DNA from: Mobula birostris
Lineage: Eukaryota
Assembly: GCF_030028105.1 (NCBI RefSeq)
Contig: NC_092386.1
Location: forward strand, 49,964,347 to 50,028,346
DNA: 64,000 bases
Direction: 5' to 3'
Shown piece after piece: positions 1-12,965 of this stretch. Each line of letters begins with the position of its first letter. The first letter of the stretch is position 1. The notes beneath the pieces are model-generated. The model saw nothing but the letters and a program-made list of their open reading frames with translations. It was not told the DNA's origin and did not search any database. The position numbers and the translations under genes are program-made.

Positions 1-275
1 AGGAGAACCTAGAACTGAGGATCACTGCCTTAACATTTATAATGTAGAGAGGAGGAAATTTCACTCCTCCCTGCCCCACAGAGTCTGGAATCTTTAGAAT
101 TCTCTTATTTAATGGTAGTCGACACAGAGACTGAATATTTTAAGTCAAAGGAAACAGATCCTTGATAAGAGTTGAAAGGTTACCATGAGCACAGCTGAGG
201 TTACAGTGAGAACAGCCATGATGTCATTAAGTGGCAGCAGAGGGCTGAAGAAGCAAACTGGCTAATTTCTGCATG
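1..275 (+). mobile_element. Highly decayed CR1 (HER1-type) LINE 3' end
   Basis: Degenerate match to the CR1 RT C-terminus and 3'UTR (cagccatgatgtcattaagtggcagcagagggctgaag), comparable to the intact tail at 20920-20990. Confidence 0.6.
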
Positions 276-360
276 CAATTCACATATTTGTAAGTTACTG
301 GTAATCAAAAGTCCTCAAGGAAGTCAAATTCAATGCTAATTCATAAAAGACACCTTCTAG

Positions 361-438
361 CAGGGGTTCCCAATCTTTCTGATGCTACGGGCCCCTGTCA
401 TTAACCGAGGTGTCTGTGAACCCCAGGCTGGGAACCTG
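361..438. mobile_element. hAT/Charlie-type MITE (~78 bp)
   Basis: Terminal inverted repeats CAGGGGTTCCCA ... TGGGAACCTG. TCTAG flanks both sides, resembling the Charlie NTCTAGAN target. Confidence 0.7.
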
Positions 439-810
439 TCTAGCTTTCAGAAGCTGTTAAACTTCTTAATATATCTCTACATTAAAGTTTTTTTAAAAAA
501 TTGTATTGACATCTTTCATAAACTTTGGGAATCCTAAAACACAATCTGCAGTTGTTTTTTGGATGTAATGTGGAGAAAAAAAAAGCAAAAAATCAAGTAA
601 ACATTTTGATACACAGCAATCTTTCTGGAAAAGCAAAATGATACACTGACTGGATACATTTTTTCAGTAATATCTGAGGGATAGATAACAGACAGTGCAA
701 AGAATGAGACTCTTTGGATCAAGTTGTTAATATTCATCCAAGAAAGTAGATACAAAATCCTTTTTAAAGTTTAGGGCTTCAAAAGTGCAGCATTTGCAGA
801 GGGGCAGTTT

Positions 811-886
811 TCATGCTCAATTCTCTGGAGCAGGACTTGAACCCTTTTTATGACTCTAAAGCAAGAGTGTTACCAATCAAGCAATA
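811..886 (-). mobile_element. tRNA-derived head of a Deu-type (SacSINE/AmnSINE-like) SINE, decayed
   Basis: gctcaattctctggagcaggacttgaaccc contains the reverse complement of a B-box (GGTTCAAGTCC); similar to 14560-14632. Confidence 0.45.
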
Positions 887-1029
887 AAGTCACAATGAAA
901 GGTCAACAACTGTTTCTCTCTTCAAAGATGTTGCTATTTCCAGATTTTATTTTAACTATATACAAGGGCCAAGCACCTTTCAATAATACTTTGAAGTAGA
1001 AGGTCCTTGGTCCATATAAGAAAAATAAA

Positions 1030-1365
1030 AGTAGAAAACAAAACTGCAGATGCTAGAATCAGAAATAAATGCAGAAATGCTGGAAGAGTTCAGCTGGTTA
1101 GACAGCATCTGTGAAAAGTGAAACCAGTTAACATTTGAAGCCAAAGACCCTTCATCAAAACTAAGAGAGGAACACATTGTCAACAACCTGTCACATCAAT
1201 TCTGTTTTTCCTCCCTCTATTGCCTGACCTATTCACAATTTTGGGATATGCAGCACTTTGGATTTGTAAGTCTTTGGAGCTCTTTCTCAGTTCCAGTGAA
1301 CTGTTGTTGACCTGAGGTGTGAACACGGAGTTCTCTTTCCACAGATGACATTTGACTGGATAAAT
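1030..1365. mobile_element. Old PLE-derived unit, two 3' tails in inverted orientation
   Basis: 1030-1163 is a minus-strand PLE tail with a degenerate hammerhead (TTGATGAAGGGTCTTTGG). 1200-1365 holds plus-strand tail remnants. Confidence 0.55.
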
Positions 1366-3856
1366 TATTCTAGCACCTCTGGATTCATGATGCATTTCCA
1401 TTCCAAAACTTACATTGCAGTAAGCTAGAACAATGAAGGCTTATAGCAGAGGAAAATTTCAAAGAACCATTCTTTTAGGTTTTAAAAAAAACTGCATGCC
1501 ATTCTAAAATTAAGAAAGAGAAAAACCAAATTAAGTCTAGATGGTGTATGCCAACAAGTATCGTGGGGAAATTATTAGATTCCATAAACAAGCAGAGTTT
1601 ATTATTGTCCTCACGTTTTGAGAGAGACAGTATGAAAAAGAAAGGGCAGGAGAAATTGAGAAAGAAGGCTTGCAAGGATTTATAAAAAGGTTAGGCTAGG
1701 GTGAGTATTTGAAAATTTAAATAGAAAACATCAGGAGATCACACACATTTATAACAGCATACAGTCAGCTTGAGCCACCCAAAAACAGACTAAGATTTTA
1801 AGAAAGACAGTGGACTTTAAAAGCCATTCTTTGGGAAATAAAACTGCTGTAAGTTTGAAATGGCAATAATTATAATTAAACATCTGCAGCACTGCACTCT
1901 CCATTACACAAATTGGTCAACTTCACTGCCAAATTATACTTCACAGTTTGACTTGATTCAAAGCCAGAACTGACTTTACATCAGCATATGAAGTATAAGC
2001 AGCCAATGAAGGGCATAAGCAAAAGCAAATGGTTAGTAGAACCACGTGGATCCCTTGAATTGTAATTCAAAAATTTCCAGAGTTTTAAATATTGTTTCAT
2101 AAATTCATTGTAAAAACATAATAAAAGCCACGTTAGTGATTAAATAAATCTGCAAATTAACATTTACAGATATAAATGCATGACAGTCATGTCTACAAAG
2201 TTATTTCTGAACACATTTTTAGAAGAAACATCGAAATGTTTCTCCAGGAACTCTACTTAATGCCTAGCGAGAAAAAGATTAACACCTTAAAAAAATATGA
2301 AATTTCAAGAGGCAATCCTAGAAGCAAATCTGATTGATTATTCTATTATAGCATTTCAAATTCAAAAATACTGCATGTTAAAATAGTTACTAATAGTTGC
2401 AAAATATTTTACAATCTTGATTACCAGATGAAAATATCCTAAAAATGAAAATTCAAAGTTTGCAACATCATTTTTGCCTGTAATATACCTTGAATTCAGA
2501 TCAAAATTATTGTGACATATTGCTCCTAAGCATTCAAGGATAGCAAATAAAACATACTTTCATTCTGAGGTAGCTTATGAGACCAATACAGTAACTGCAG
2601 ACGCTTCCACAAATGGGCAGGTTCTTTGTGGGATGGTGTAGTCTTCCTCTCATTTACACAGGGCTTCAGCATGCTACGACCATATGGTTCTGAGTTTCTC
2701 AATACAATCCCGAATATTGCTCTTCTACTTTGAGCACTTATAAACCAGTGATTCACAGACAGCAGAGGTGGCTTTGGGCATAACCTTTTCTTCCATCACA
2801 CATCTAGTGGCAGAGGTCAGAACAGAATGAGATGGGTTATCTGATTCTCCCTGTTGCGAGTGTTGGTCTAAATATCAATATTGATTTGTTCATCCCTCTC
2901 GGAGATCTGAAAGATTTTGCAGAGGCCGCAGTGGTGACATCTTTCCAATGCCTGCCAGGGTCATCCAGGTCTTACAACTATTTATCAGATAGCAGGGATC
3001 ACTGCTCTCCAGCCAAATACAAGTTTTCTGCCAGGTTTGAGGTTTTGATACTCCAACCCTATTTTTTTTTACTTTACCAATTGTGTACTCAAGGCAACAG
3101 GAAATAGCCATATACCAAATGTGTGTTCCTGATAGTTGACAGAACTTTTAATATTCCTTCCCAATGCCTGTCTTCCTTTTTCCTCCTCTCCTTTGAAACT
3201 GCTCCCCCAAACCTACCTGTTTGATGAAAACTTAAGGTCCTTACCTTCTAATCTCCACATCCTTGAACAAGCAGAATATCAGCTTGTTAACATTCCTGAA
3301 AATTATTTGTTTGTGGCAACATGCAAATACAACATGCTGTTCTTCCCACCAACAGTAATACTCTGAAAGAAATCAATTGTGTTTTCACTGGAAACCCTAC
3401 TGCATGTTATACATTTTTACACTAATTTTAATTCACATTCTATTCCCAGATAGTTTCACTGTGAAATCCCATGCCCTCTTTCCATCAGCAAATATTTATT
3501 TTCAATTGATGAAAAATCACGCTAAACAAGGTTTCTTCCAGCAAGGTTCTTGAAACTCAAATGTCAGTGATCTCAAATCAAGACAATTAATATTTACGTA
3601 TGTCTCTGATGGTAAGAAGTTTTTTTTTTTAGAGTAATTTAGACCCTGTAATTAAATTTCTATTATGGCAGAAATATACCTCCACTATAATAAGATGCAG
3701 GGAGTGCAGACTCATCAACTGTATGCTAATAAATTGATTCCTGCTAAAATATGGCAGATAATTAACATGCCTGCATCATGGGGCACAGATCAGTACACAC
3801 TGTATTAAGTCCTTCCGCCCACATATGTGCCAACCATGATACCAGTCCAACTAATC

Positions 3857-4768
3857 CAGCCAAAGTTTCACAGAAATATTTAAAAGGTATAAAAAGACAA
3901 ACTGTCTTTAACTGAGACACAAGTTCTTCATTTAAATGAAATACAGAACTAATTAGAACACAACAAATGCTTCTACTATAAAACTGTGTTTTAGTTCCTA
4001 ATAATTATCAACAGAGGAATTCATACAAAGAATGCTGCCCTGCTCTTTTGATTGACTGTAACTCAGTGCAGACACCTAGTGCAGATAATGGACCACTTTC
4101 TTTGTCTTCCTGCATGAAGTAATATCAAAAATCATCGCTTTTTAATTCAGCATCGGTTGGCTCAAATGAATAACAGAACACAAGCATATACAACTGACTC
4201 TACTTAAAGGCAGTCACTCTAAGCACAGCATAGTGTTCTACGGTTACACAAGTGCACATGACTGACACTAGTAAGAAAATGTTGCATCTTCTGAATCCTC
4301 CAAATCTTTTCCCTGTAACATTCAAGATGATTTTCGATACCTTCAAATTCTTTATATTTCATAACTTCATGAAGTAGTGTAATTGTTTCATTTTCACTCC
4401 TGGCTGTTTCTCACATCTCCAAGACTGAACACTTGACACCTCAGTCAGCAAATCAGTTCTGAATTGTGTCACTGCTTATTTCTCACCAACTGTCAGTGAC
4501 AAAGATCACAGCTTTCTGAACACAGCCACAGGCAACTGACTTTATTTAAAAACTACTCTAAGCATGGTTTAGTGTCTAATAGCCATACAACTGCACAACT
4601 GACTCTTGTTAGAAACTGCTCAGCAACAGTCTCCTGCCCCAGTTAAGTGGTATAATGTCCCAAATAAACAAAGGAAACCCCAGCTATTCTCTCGGTTAGA
4701 TTTTGTTGCTTAAGAGTCGTCCCAAATAAACAGCTGTCTGAATGAACTGAATTAACCGGAAACCACAG
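3857..4768 (-). mobile_element. Internally deleted pogo/Tigger element, copy 1 (left TIR lost)
   Basis: Colinear with 16605-18333 and 24571-26731. Right TIR-like ATTAACCGGAAACCACAG. Acidic transposase C-terminus remnant on the minus strand. Confidence 0.75.
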
Positions 4769-4890
4769 TGCAGGAGTAATGTATCTGTTCTCTATTCGCT
4801 TTGTGTTCTGTGTTGTGCACTTCTTATGTTTATTATGGTAACTAGTCACAATAGTGGGGGGGGGGTGGTAAAAGCAAAGGGAATGATATT

Positions 4891-5203
4891 GTGGGCATGT
4901 GGCCAAGTGGTTAAAGCACTGGACTAGCAACCTGAAGGTCGTGAGTTCAAGCCCCAGCCGAGGCAACGTGTTGTGTCCTTGAGCAAGGCACTTAATCACA
5001 CAGTGCTCTGTGATGACACTGGTGCCAAGCTGTATGGGTCCTTCCCTTGGACAACATCTGTGTCGTGGAGAAGGAAGACTTGCAGCATGGGCAACTGCTG
5101 GTCTTCCATACAACCTTGCTCAGGCCTGCGCCCTGGAGAGTGAAGACTTTCCAGGCACAGATCCATGGTCTCACAAGACTAACAGATGCCTTTATTTATT
5201 ATT
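4891..5203 (+). mobile_element. tRNA-derived CORE-type SINE, copy 1
   Basis: A box TGGCCAAGTGG (4900-4910), B box GTTCAAGCC (4945-4953), CORE-like TGTGTCCTTGAGCAAGGCACTTAA and an AT-rich tail. Two further copies in the window. Confidence 0.85.
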
Positions 5204-5339
5204 CTCCTGAAAACTAGATTCTCTGTTCACTCTGATATAGGTAGTATACATTCAAGCGTATTTTCTGTAACTATCTTTTAATCTATCCATTTGTAGAGTC
5301 CACTCAATCAAACATAAAATTCCTTTAGTCAACAACTCC

Positions 5340-8066
5340 GATGTTTCAGATGTGTTCGAGGCAGAGGAATGAAAGGTGGGGGAGTAGCATTGCTTGTTAG
5401 GGAAAATATTACCCCAGTGCTCAGGCAGGACAGATTAGAGGGCTTGTCTACTGAGTCCTTATGGGTGGAGCTGAGAAACAGGAAAGGTATGGCCACATTA
5501 GTGGGTTGTATTACAGACCACCCAATAGTCAACGAGAATTGGAAGAGCAAATCTGCAGAGAGATAGCAGGCAACTGCAGGGAACATAAAGTTGTGGTGGT
5601 AGGGGATTTTAATTTTCCATATATTGATTGGGACTCCCATACTGTTAGGGGTCTAGGTGGTTAAGAGTTTGTAAAATGTGTTCAGGAAAGTTTTCTAAAT
5701 CAATATATAGAGGGACCAACTAGAGGGGATGCAATATTGGATCTCCTGTTAGGAAACGAGTTAGGACAAGTGATGGAAGTCTGTGTAGGGGAGCACTTTG
5801 GTTCCAGTGATCATAACACCATTAGTTTCAACTTGATCATGGACAAGGATAGATCTGGTCCTAGGGCTGAGGTTCTTAACTGGAAGAAGGCCAAATTTGA
5901 AGAAATGAGAAAGGATCTAAACAGCGTGGATTAGGACAGGTTGTTCTCTGGCGAAGATGTGATTGGTAAGTGGGAAGCCTTCAAAGGAGAAATTTTGAGA
6001 GTGTGGAGTTTGTACGTTCCTGTCAGGATTAAAGGCAAAGTGAATAGGAATAAGGAACCTTGGTTCTCAAGGGATATTGCACCTCTGATAAAGAAGAGGG
6101 AGTTGTATGACGTGTATAGGAAACAGGGAGTAAATAAGGTGCTTGAGGAGTATAAGAAGTGCAAGAAAATACTTAAGAAAGAAATCAGGAGGGCTAAAAG
6201 AAGACATGAGGTTGCCTTGGCAGTCAAAGTGAAGGATAATCCAAAGAGCTTTTACAGGTATATTAAGAGCAAAAGGATTGTAAGGGATAAAATTGGTCCT
6301 CTTGAAGATCAGAGTGGTCGGCTATGTGCGGAACCAAAGGAAATGGGGGAGATCTTAAATAGGTTTTTTGCGTCTGTATTTACTAAGGAAACTGGCATGA
6401 AGTCTATGGAATTAAGGGAAACAAGTAGTGAGATCATGGAAACTGTACAGATTGAAAAGGAGGAGGTGCTTGCTGTCTTGAGGAAAATTAAATTGGATAA
6501 ATCCCCGGGACCTGACAAGGTGTTCCCTCGGACCTTGAAGGAGACTAGTGTTGAAATTGCAGGGGCCCTGGAAGAAATATTTAAAATGTCGCTGTCTACA
6601 GGTGAGGTGCCAGAGGATTGGAGAGTGGCTCATGTTGTTCCGTTGTTTGAAAAAGGATCGAAAAGTAATCCAGGAAATTACAGGCCGGTAAATTTAACGT
6701 CGGTAGTAGGTAAGTTATTGGAGGGAGTACTAAGAGACAGAATCTACAAGCATTTGGATAGACAGGGACTTATTAGGGAGAGTCAACATGGCTTTGTGCG
6801 TGGTAGGTCATGTTTGACCAATCTATTGGAGTTTTGCGAGGAGGTTACCAGGAAAGTGGATGAAGGGAAGGCAGTGAATATTGTCTACATGGACTTCAGT
6901 AAGGCCTTTGACAAGGTCCTGCATGGGAGGTTAGTTAGGAAAATTCAGTCGCTAGGTATACATGGAGAGGTGGTAAATTGGACTAGACATTGGCTCAATG
7001 GAAGAAGCCAAAGAGTGGTGGTAGAGAATTGCTTCTCCGAGTAGAGCCCTGTGACTAGTGGTGTGCCACAGGGATCAGTGCTGGGTCCATTGTTATTTAT
7101 CATCTATATCAATGATCTGGATGATAATATGGTAAATTGGATTCAGCAAATTTGCTGATGATACAAAGATTGGAGGTGTAATAGACAGTGAGGAAGGTTT
7201 TCACAGCCTGCAGAGGGACTTGGACCAGCTGGAAAAATGGGCTGAAAAATGGCAGATGGAGTTTAATACAGACAAGTGTGAGGTATTGCACGTTGGAAGG
7301 ACAAACCAATGTAGAACATACAGGGTTAATGGTAAGGCAATGAGGAGTGCAGTAGAACAGAGGGATTTGGGAATACAGATACAAAATTCCCTAAAAGTGG
7401 CATCAGAGGTAGATAGGGTAGTAAAGAGAGTTTTTGGTACATTGGCCTTTATTACTCAAAGTATTGAGTATAAGAGCTGGAATGTTATGATGAGGTTGTA
7501 TAAGGCATTGGTGAGGCCGAATCTGGAGTATTGTGTTCAGTTTTGGTCACCAAATTACAGGAAGGATATAAATAAGGTTGAAAGAGTGCAGAGAAGGTTT
7601 ATAAGGATGTTGCCGGGACTTGAGAAACTCAGTTACAGAGAAAGGTTGAATAGGTTAGGACTTTATTCCCTGGAGCGTAGAAGAATGAGGGGAGATTTGA
7701 TTGAGGTATATAAAATTATGATGGGTATAGATACAGTGAATGCAAGCAGGCTTTTTCCACTGAGGCAAGGGGAGAAAAAAACTAGAGGACATGGGTTAAG
7801 GGTGAGGGGGGAAAAGTTTAAAGGAAACATTAGGGGGGGCTTCTTCACACAGAGAGTGGTGGGAGTATGGAATGACCTGCCAGACGAAGTAGTAAATGCG
7901 GGTTCTTATTTAACATTTAAGAATAAATTGGACAGATACATGGATGGGAGGTGTATGGAGGGATATGGTCCGTGTGCAGGTCAGTGGGACTAGGCAGAAA
8001 ATGGTTCGGCACAGCCAAGAAGGGCCAAGAGGCCTGTTTCTGTGCTGTAGTTTTTCTATGGTTTCT
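5340..8066 (+). mobile_element. CR1 LINE, 5'-truncated; disrupted ORF2 (APE endonuclease plus RT)
   Basis: Motifs YYRPPN, VVGDFNFP, SDHN, KSPGPD, NYRPV, YMDFSKAFDKV, FADD. CR1 TTCTATGG tail. 6-bp TSD AACTCC at 5334-5339 and 8067-8072. Several stops and frameshifts. Confidence 0.95.
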
Positions 8067-8342
8067 AACTCCTAAATACCGGATCTCAAAGTTGATTCAT
8101 CATGATTAATCAATCCAATAACAGATTGCTCTCAACGTGATGCTAGTATGTTGTAAGCTGGGCACTAACACAACAAAAAGGGACAAATACCATTTTAACC
8201 AGCCTTTGCTACACCTAAAATAAAGAAAGCTGAGTTGAGTTGAAGAACTCTAGCTCATAGCTAAAGTGCATTATTTGATGATGCTTTAACATAAAGCTAC
8301 TTTTACAACACATTGCTGGCCAGTCCCAAAGCTGCATACTTT

Positions 8343-8445
8343 GAGTCCTGATGAAGGGTGCCGACCCAAAACATCGACTGTTCACTCTTTTCCACAGATG
8401 CTGCCTGGCCTGCTGAGTTCATCCAGCATTTTGTGTGTTGCTTTA
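8343..8445 (+). mobile_element. Short PLE 3' unit (hammerhead plus tail)
   Basis: AGTC CTGATGA A GGGT GCCG ACCC AAAAC ATC GACT followed by the family tail cagatgctgcctggcctgctgagttcatccagcattttgtgtgttgc. Confidence 0.85.
8344..8379 (+). ncRNA. Minimal type-I hammerhead ribozyme motif (G12A and G16.2A; probably inactive)
   Basis: Intact CUGAUGA, helix II GGGU/ACCC, helix I AGUC/GACU. Both defects are CpG-to-CpA transitions. Confidence 0.7.
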
Positions 8446-10714
8446 ACCTCTGCACATAATGCTTTGCAACATCGGTGAATCTCAGGCAGGTAAAGTCTTT
8501 AGCACCTGGTATTACTAAACAGCCTCCCATCCAAGACTAACTAGACCTGAGACTACTTGGTTTCTGGGGTCAAGTAGAAAAGGCTTGCAGTATCTCAGCC
8601 ACACACCACTTTAGACATTCTTGCTCATGTCAAATGTCATCATCACAGAACTGCGGGAAAAAATATCAATAGGATTACCTTGTGATCAGACAGCAAAGGG
8701 CAATTCACCTTCGTAACGTTAGATTTTTAAAAATTCAATCACCACAGATCAACACACTCTCAAATAACAAAGTACGGAGTGTTCACAAATAAAACACAAA
8801 ATTTCTGGAGCCAAGTCTGAAAATAAAAGCTGAAACAGTTTGACCTTTTGGGAGTAAATAGCAAATAACTTTACTTTAAACCATTAACTATTCTATCTCT
8901 CACAGAGGTCAACTAAGTTTTCTTTCAGATTTTCGAATTGATTTTACTTATTTATTCCGCTTGTAATTTAAGTGTAAACAGGTTAAGACTTCCATTGAAT
9001 AAGCTCTTTTTTCAAGTTTTAAGCCTTCCATGAAAAATTGTCTTAATGTTTTTTGCCTGTGTGAGAAAAGAAAGTTTTAAAAATTATATACAGTATATAT
9101 AGCTGGGTAACCTGGTTTTCTTTAATAAATTGAGATAGGGTAAATGGATGCTAAACTCCTTTTTCCATGCAGCATACGTAAGCCAGCATTCGTATTGAAA
9201 TTGAAGCATCCAAAAATATTAACCATGTCCAGGCTTTCTCCAGCAGGTTAACCAGTGAGCAGCTTCTCTTTTCAAATTTACAGGCTTGATGTTTTTTCAC
9301 CCTAATTCAAGATCACACCGTGTTTTGATATTCAGGCAATGAACTTTGCTGTTTAAATGTAACAAAATATAATTTTTTTCTACATTAATCCCTAACCCAT
9401 GCAGATGTTTATTGCTGTTCCAAAATTGGATTGCATTTAAAGACAATGTTTAAAAATGATATGGCTTCAAAGTAATCTACCATCCATATGACTCTCTCAA
9501 TCCACCGTATGAATTTCATCCACAATTGCAACAACATGAACTAAACTATGCTCAAAAAGCAGAAATAGCAGGAAAACACAACAATGGTTAAATTATGGAC
9601 ACATGAAAACTGCGATAGTCCCAGAGTATAAAGTAAGGTCTCAAATCCAGAATACAGAAGGGAATAAAAATAGGACTGTCTGAACTATTCTTGAGACAAG
9701 GTAAAGCATAACTGTTAAAAAAAAGTCCAAAGCTCCCAACTGAAGTTTGGGCCTTCTGACAGTACTATGACAAGAATAGATGTGCAACTTAAGAACTGTA
9801 ATTGCATGCCTAATATGATGTCATTGAAGGATTGATGACTTGACTGATTTACAAAGCTCAATATTACTTCAAATAGCTTTGTCATTTAAATCAGGATTTG
9901 ACTGATATTCAATGGTTAGGCCCAAGCAACGATCAAATTCAACAGAGGTGATGCAGACAAACAAGGATAGCTATTGTGAATAGAGGAATTTAAAGATCTA
10001 CAAACCACAGAAGTGCTAATAACTTGCATGTGTGCAGCATCTTTTTATGACCTACTGTACATTTTGCCGTCAGTGATGAAGTGATGGTGCTCACCAATAT
10101 TCTTGAATAAAGCCACCCAGTAAAATGCTGGTCAAACAAAAAAATGAATGAGATCTGGGGCCTGGATTTCACCTTCCCTGAAAGGCTGGTAAATGACACT
10201 GAAAGGATCCTGGCATGGAGTGATGCTTTCATCAGGTCTGCAAAGCACTCATTCACACTACAGCATTCTCAAGCAAGATAGCATTTTCTAAAAACTTTTA
10301 ATACTTTAAACAATGCAAAAGATTGGAGCATGCATATACAGAAAACAAGGAAATCTACATACATAAAACAATTTAATTAGTAGCCAACACGTTTCCCAAA
10401 GGAGGTTATTACAACATATACACATGAAATTAGTTATTTTAGTGCCAGTTTCCCAGGTGGCAATTTTGATCCAGTATAGCTTATTAAAAACTCATTTAAT
10501 ATTAAAGTAACTAAGTTTATCTTTCAGCTCATTTTACAATGAGTGTTGGGCATAAATACCATTAAGTCACCAATTCATTTTACAGGCTAGAAAACTGCGA
10601 AAAAAAGGCACAAACTGGGGAGAAATAAGACCTGATTTACTTGATTTTCTGGTGCAATCAATTAGGGTGCTCTCCACTGTGCATCTATAGAAGTCTGTTA
10701 AAGTTTTTTTATGA

Positions 10715-12400
10715 CAATAGGACATAGGATTTGGCCATTAGGCCCATCGAGCTGGCTCTGCCATTCCACCATGGTCGACTTATTACCCCTCTCAACCTCG
10801 TTCTCCTGCCTTCTCCTCATAACTTTTGACACCCTGACTAATCAAGAACCTATCAGCCTCAGCTTTAAATACATCCAATGACTTGACCTCCTCAGCCATC
10901 CGTGGCAATGAATTCCACAGATTCACCACCCTTTGGCTAAAAGAATTCCTCCTTATCTCTGTTTTAAGTGGATGTCCCCTATTCTGAGTCTCTGGTTTCT
11001 TCCCCCTCCCCCTCAATTGCAACCATCCACTCCACATCCACTCTATCTAGGCCTTTCAAGATTCAATAGGTTTCAATGAGATAAACCCTCATACTTCTAA
11101 ACTTCAGACAGTGCAGGCCCAGAGCCATCAAACACTCCTCATACCTTAACCTTTTCATTCCCAGAATTATACTCCTGAATCTCCTCTGGACACTCTCCAA
11201 TGCCAGCATATCTTTTCTTAGATAAAGGGCCCAAAACTACTCTCAATACTCCAAACGCCGTCTGACCAATGCCTTATAAAGACTCAGCATTATATTCTTG
11301 CTTTTTATATTCCAGTCCTCTCAAAATGAATGCTAACATTGCATGTGCCTTCCTTACAACCAACTCAACATGCAAGTTAACCTTTACGGACCTGTATGAG
11401 GACTCCCAAGTCACCTTACAACTCTGATTTTTAATTTTTCCCCATTTAGAAAATTTCTTCTACCAAAATACATGACCTTACATTTTTACACTATATTCCA
11501 TCTGCCACTTCTTTGCCCAATCTCATCTGTCTGCTTCAAACTCCCTGCTTCCTCAACACTACCTGCCCCTCCACCTATCTTCGTATTGTTCCCAAACTTT
11601 TCCAAAAAGCCATCAATTCTGTTATCCAAATTATTGACATGTAACGTTAAAAGAAACTGCCTCAAGAGCAACCCTTACAGATCACCAATAAATCACTAGT
11701 AGTCAACCAGAAAAAGTCCCTTTATTTCCATTCTTTGCCTCCAGCCAGTCAACCAACTGTCTATCCATGCTAGAAACCTTCCTGTAATATCACGGGCTCA
11801 CATCTTGTTAATCAGCCTCAAGTCCGGCACCCTGCTGAAGGATGGGTTTATCCTGCCTGTTGTTTCCTTAAAGAATTTCAATAGATTTGTCAAGCAAGAT
11901 ATCCCTTTCAGAAAATGATGCTGACTTTGGACTATTTTATCATGTGCCTCCAAGTACCCCAAAACTTCATCCTAAATAATGGACTCCAACATCTTCTCAA
12001 TAACTGAAGTCAGGCTAACAGGCCCATAATTTACTTTCTTCTGCCTTCCTCCCTTCTTAAAAAGAGTACATTTGCAATTTTCCAGTCCTCCAGGATCATG
12101 CAGAATTTAGTGATTCTTGAAAAATTACTAATGCCTCCACAATCTTTTTAGCTACCTCTTTCAGAACTCTGGGCAGTAGACCTTCTAGTCTAGGTGACTT
12201 ATCTAGCTTTAGATCTTTCAGTCTCCCAAGCATCTTCTGCTTAGTAATAGCAGCTACACTCACTTCTGCCCCTTGATACTGTCAAATTTCTGGCATACTG
12301 CTAGTGACTTCCAGAGTGAAGACTGACTCAAAATACTCAAGTTTGTCTATTTCTTTATCCTCCATTACGACCTCTCCAGAGTCATTTTCTATCGAGCCTT
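10715..12400 (-). mobile_element. Older CR1 LINE (RT plus 3'UTR), decayed
   Basis: Minus-strand peptides FSQRVVNLWNSLP and KFGNNTKIGG; HER1-type 3' end at ~10715-10800. Confidence 0.85.
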
Positions 12401-12659
12401 ACTTACTTTAGCCTCTGCCTATTCTTGCAGAAACCCATTGAGCCAAAGCCTCCCACTCTACCCCTCACACAACAGGACTCTGTTTACAACTCATTTCCTT
12501 TTATTGGGCCTTGCTAAGTTACTAATAACCCAAGCAAACCCTCACTCCACAAACAAATCCCGATCAGCCTCACTCTTCTTTAATCCTGGCCCATAAACTC
12601 TACAATGAACTGTCTCCTACTCTCTCTGCTATCTCTCGCTCTATAGACATGCCAATTCT

Positions 12660-12965
12660 ATGCAAACTTTTAGTAGAGGTGCTGCTGTGCCTTCTTTCTG
12701 ATGGCACTTACATGTCAACACCAAGAATTTTAAAATGCTGAACGTCTCCACTAATGAGGACTTGTTCATGAACTTCGGGCTTCTTTTTCCTGTAGTCAAT
12801 AGACAGCTCTTTGGTTTTGCTAATATTGAGTGATAGGATGTTGTTGTGGCACCACCACCAGATTTTCAATCTCCCCCCTATATGCCAATTCATCACCATC
12901 TCTGATTTGGCCAACATCAGTGGTGTCCTGAGCAAATATGGCATTGGAGCTGTACTCCCCCACAC
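12660..12965 (-). mobile_element. Rex1/Babar-type LINE RT fragment
   Basis: Peptides FAQDTTDVGQIRDGDELAYRGEIENL and LSLNISKTKELSIDYRK. Confidence 0.75.

Larger units (their letters stand above)
4769..8123 (+). mobile_element. Candidate solo LTR interrupted by a SINE and a CR1
   Basis: Starts TGCAGGAG as does 31459 and shares the tattatggtaactagtcaca-atagtgggg unit. Sequence resumes after the CR1 target duplication and ends ...AATAACA. No TSD found. Confidence 0.35.

Noticed and set aside
2526-3111. ORFs and a minus-strand donor (AAA|GTATGT) as a coding exon
   Set aside because: No strong in-frame acceptor and no recognisable protein.
4891-4965. tRNA gene (also at 33350-33429, 38595-38660, 39597-39660)
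   Set aside because: A/B boxes continue into a SINE body with tail or TSD; no acceptor stem or T-run terminator.
5941-7993. Long ORFs (367 aa, 257 aa; also 40239-42586 and 19234-20910) as host genes
   Set aside because: All are fragments of CR1 ORF2 with stops and frameshifts.
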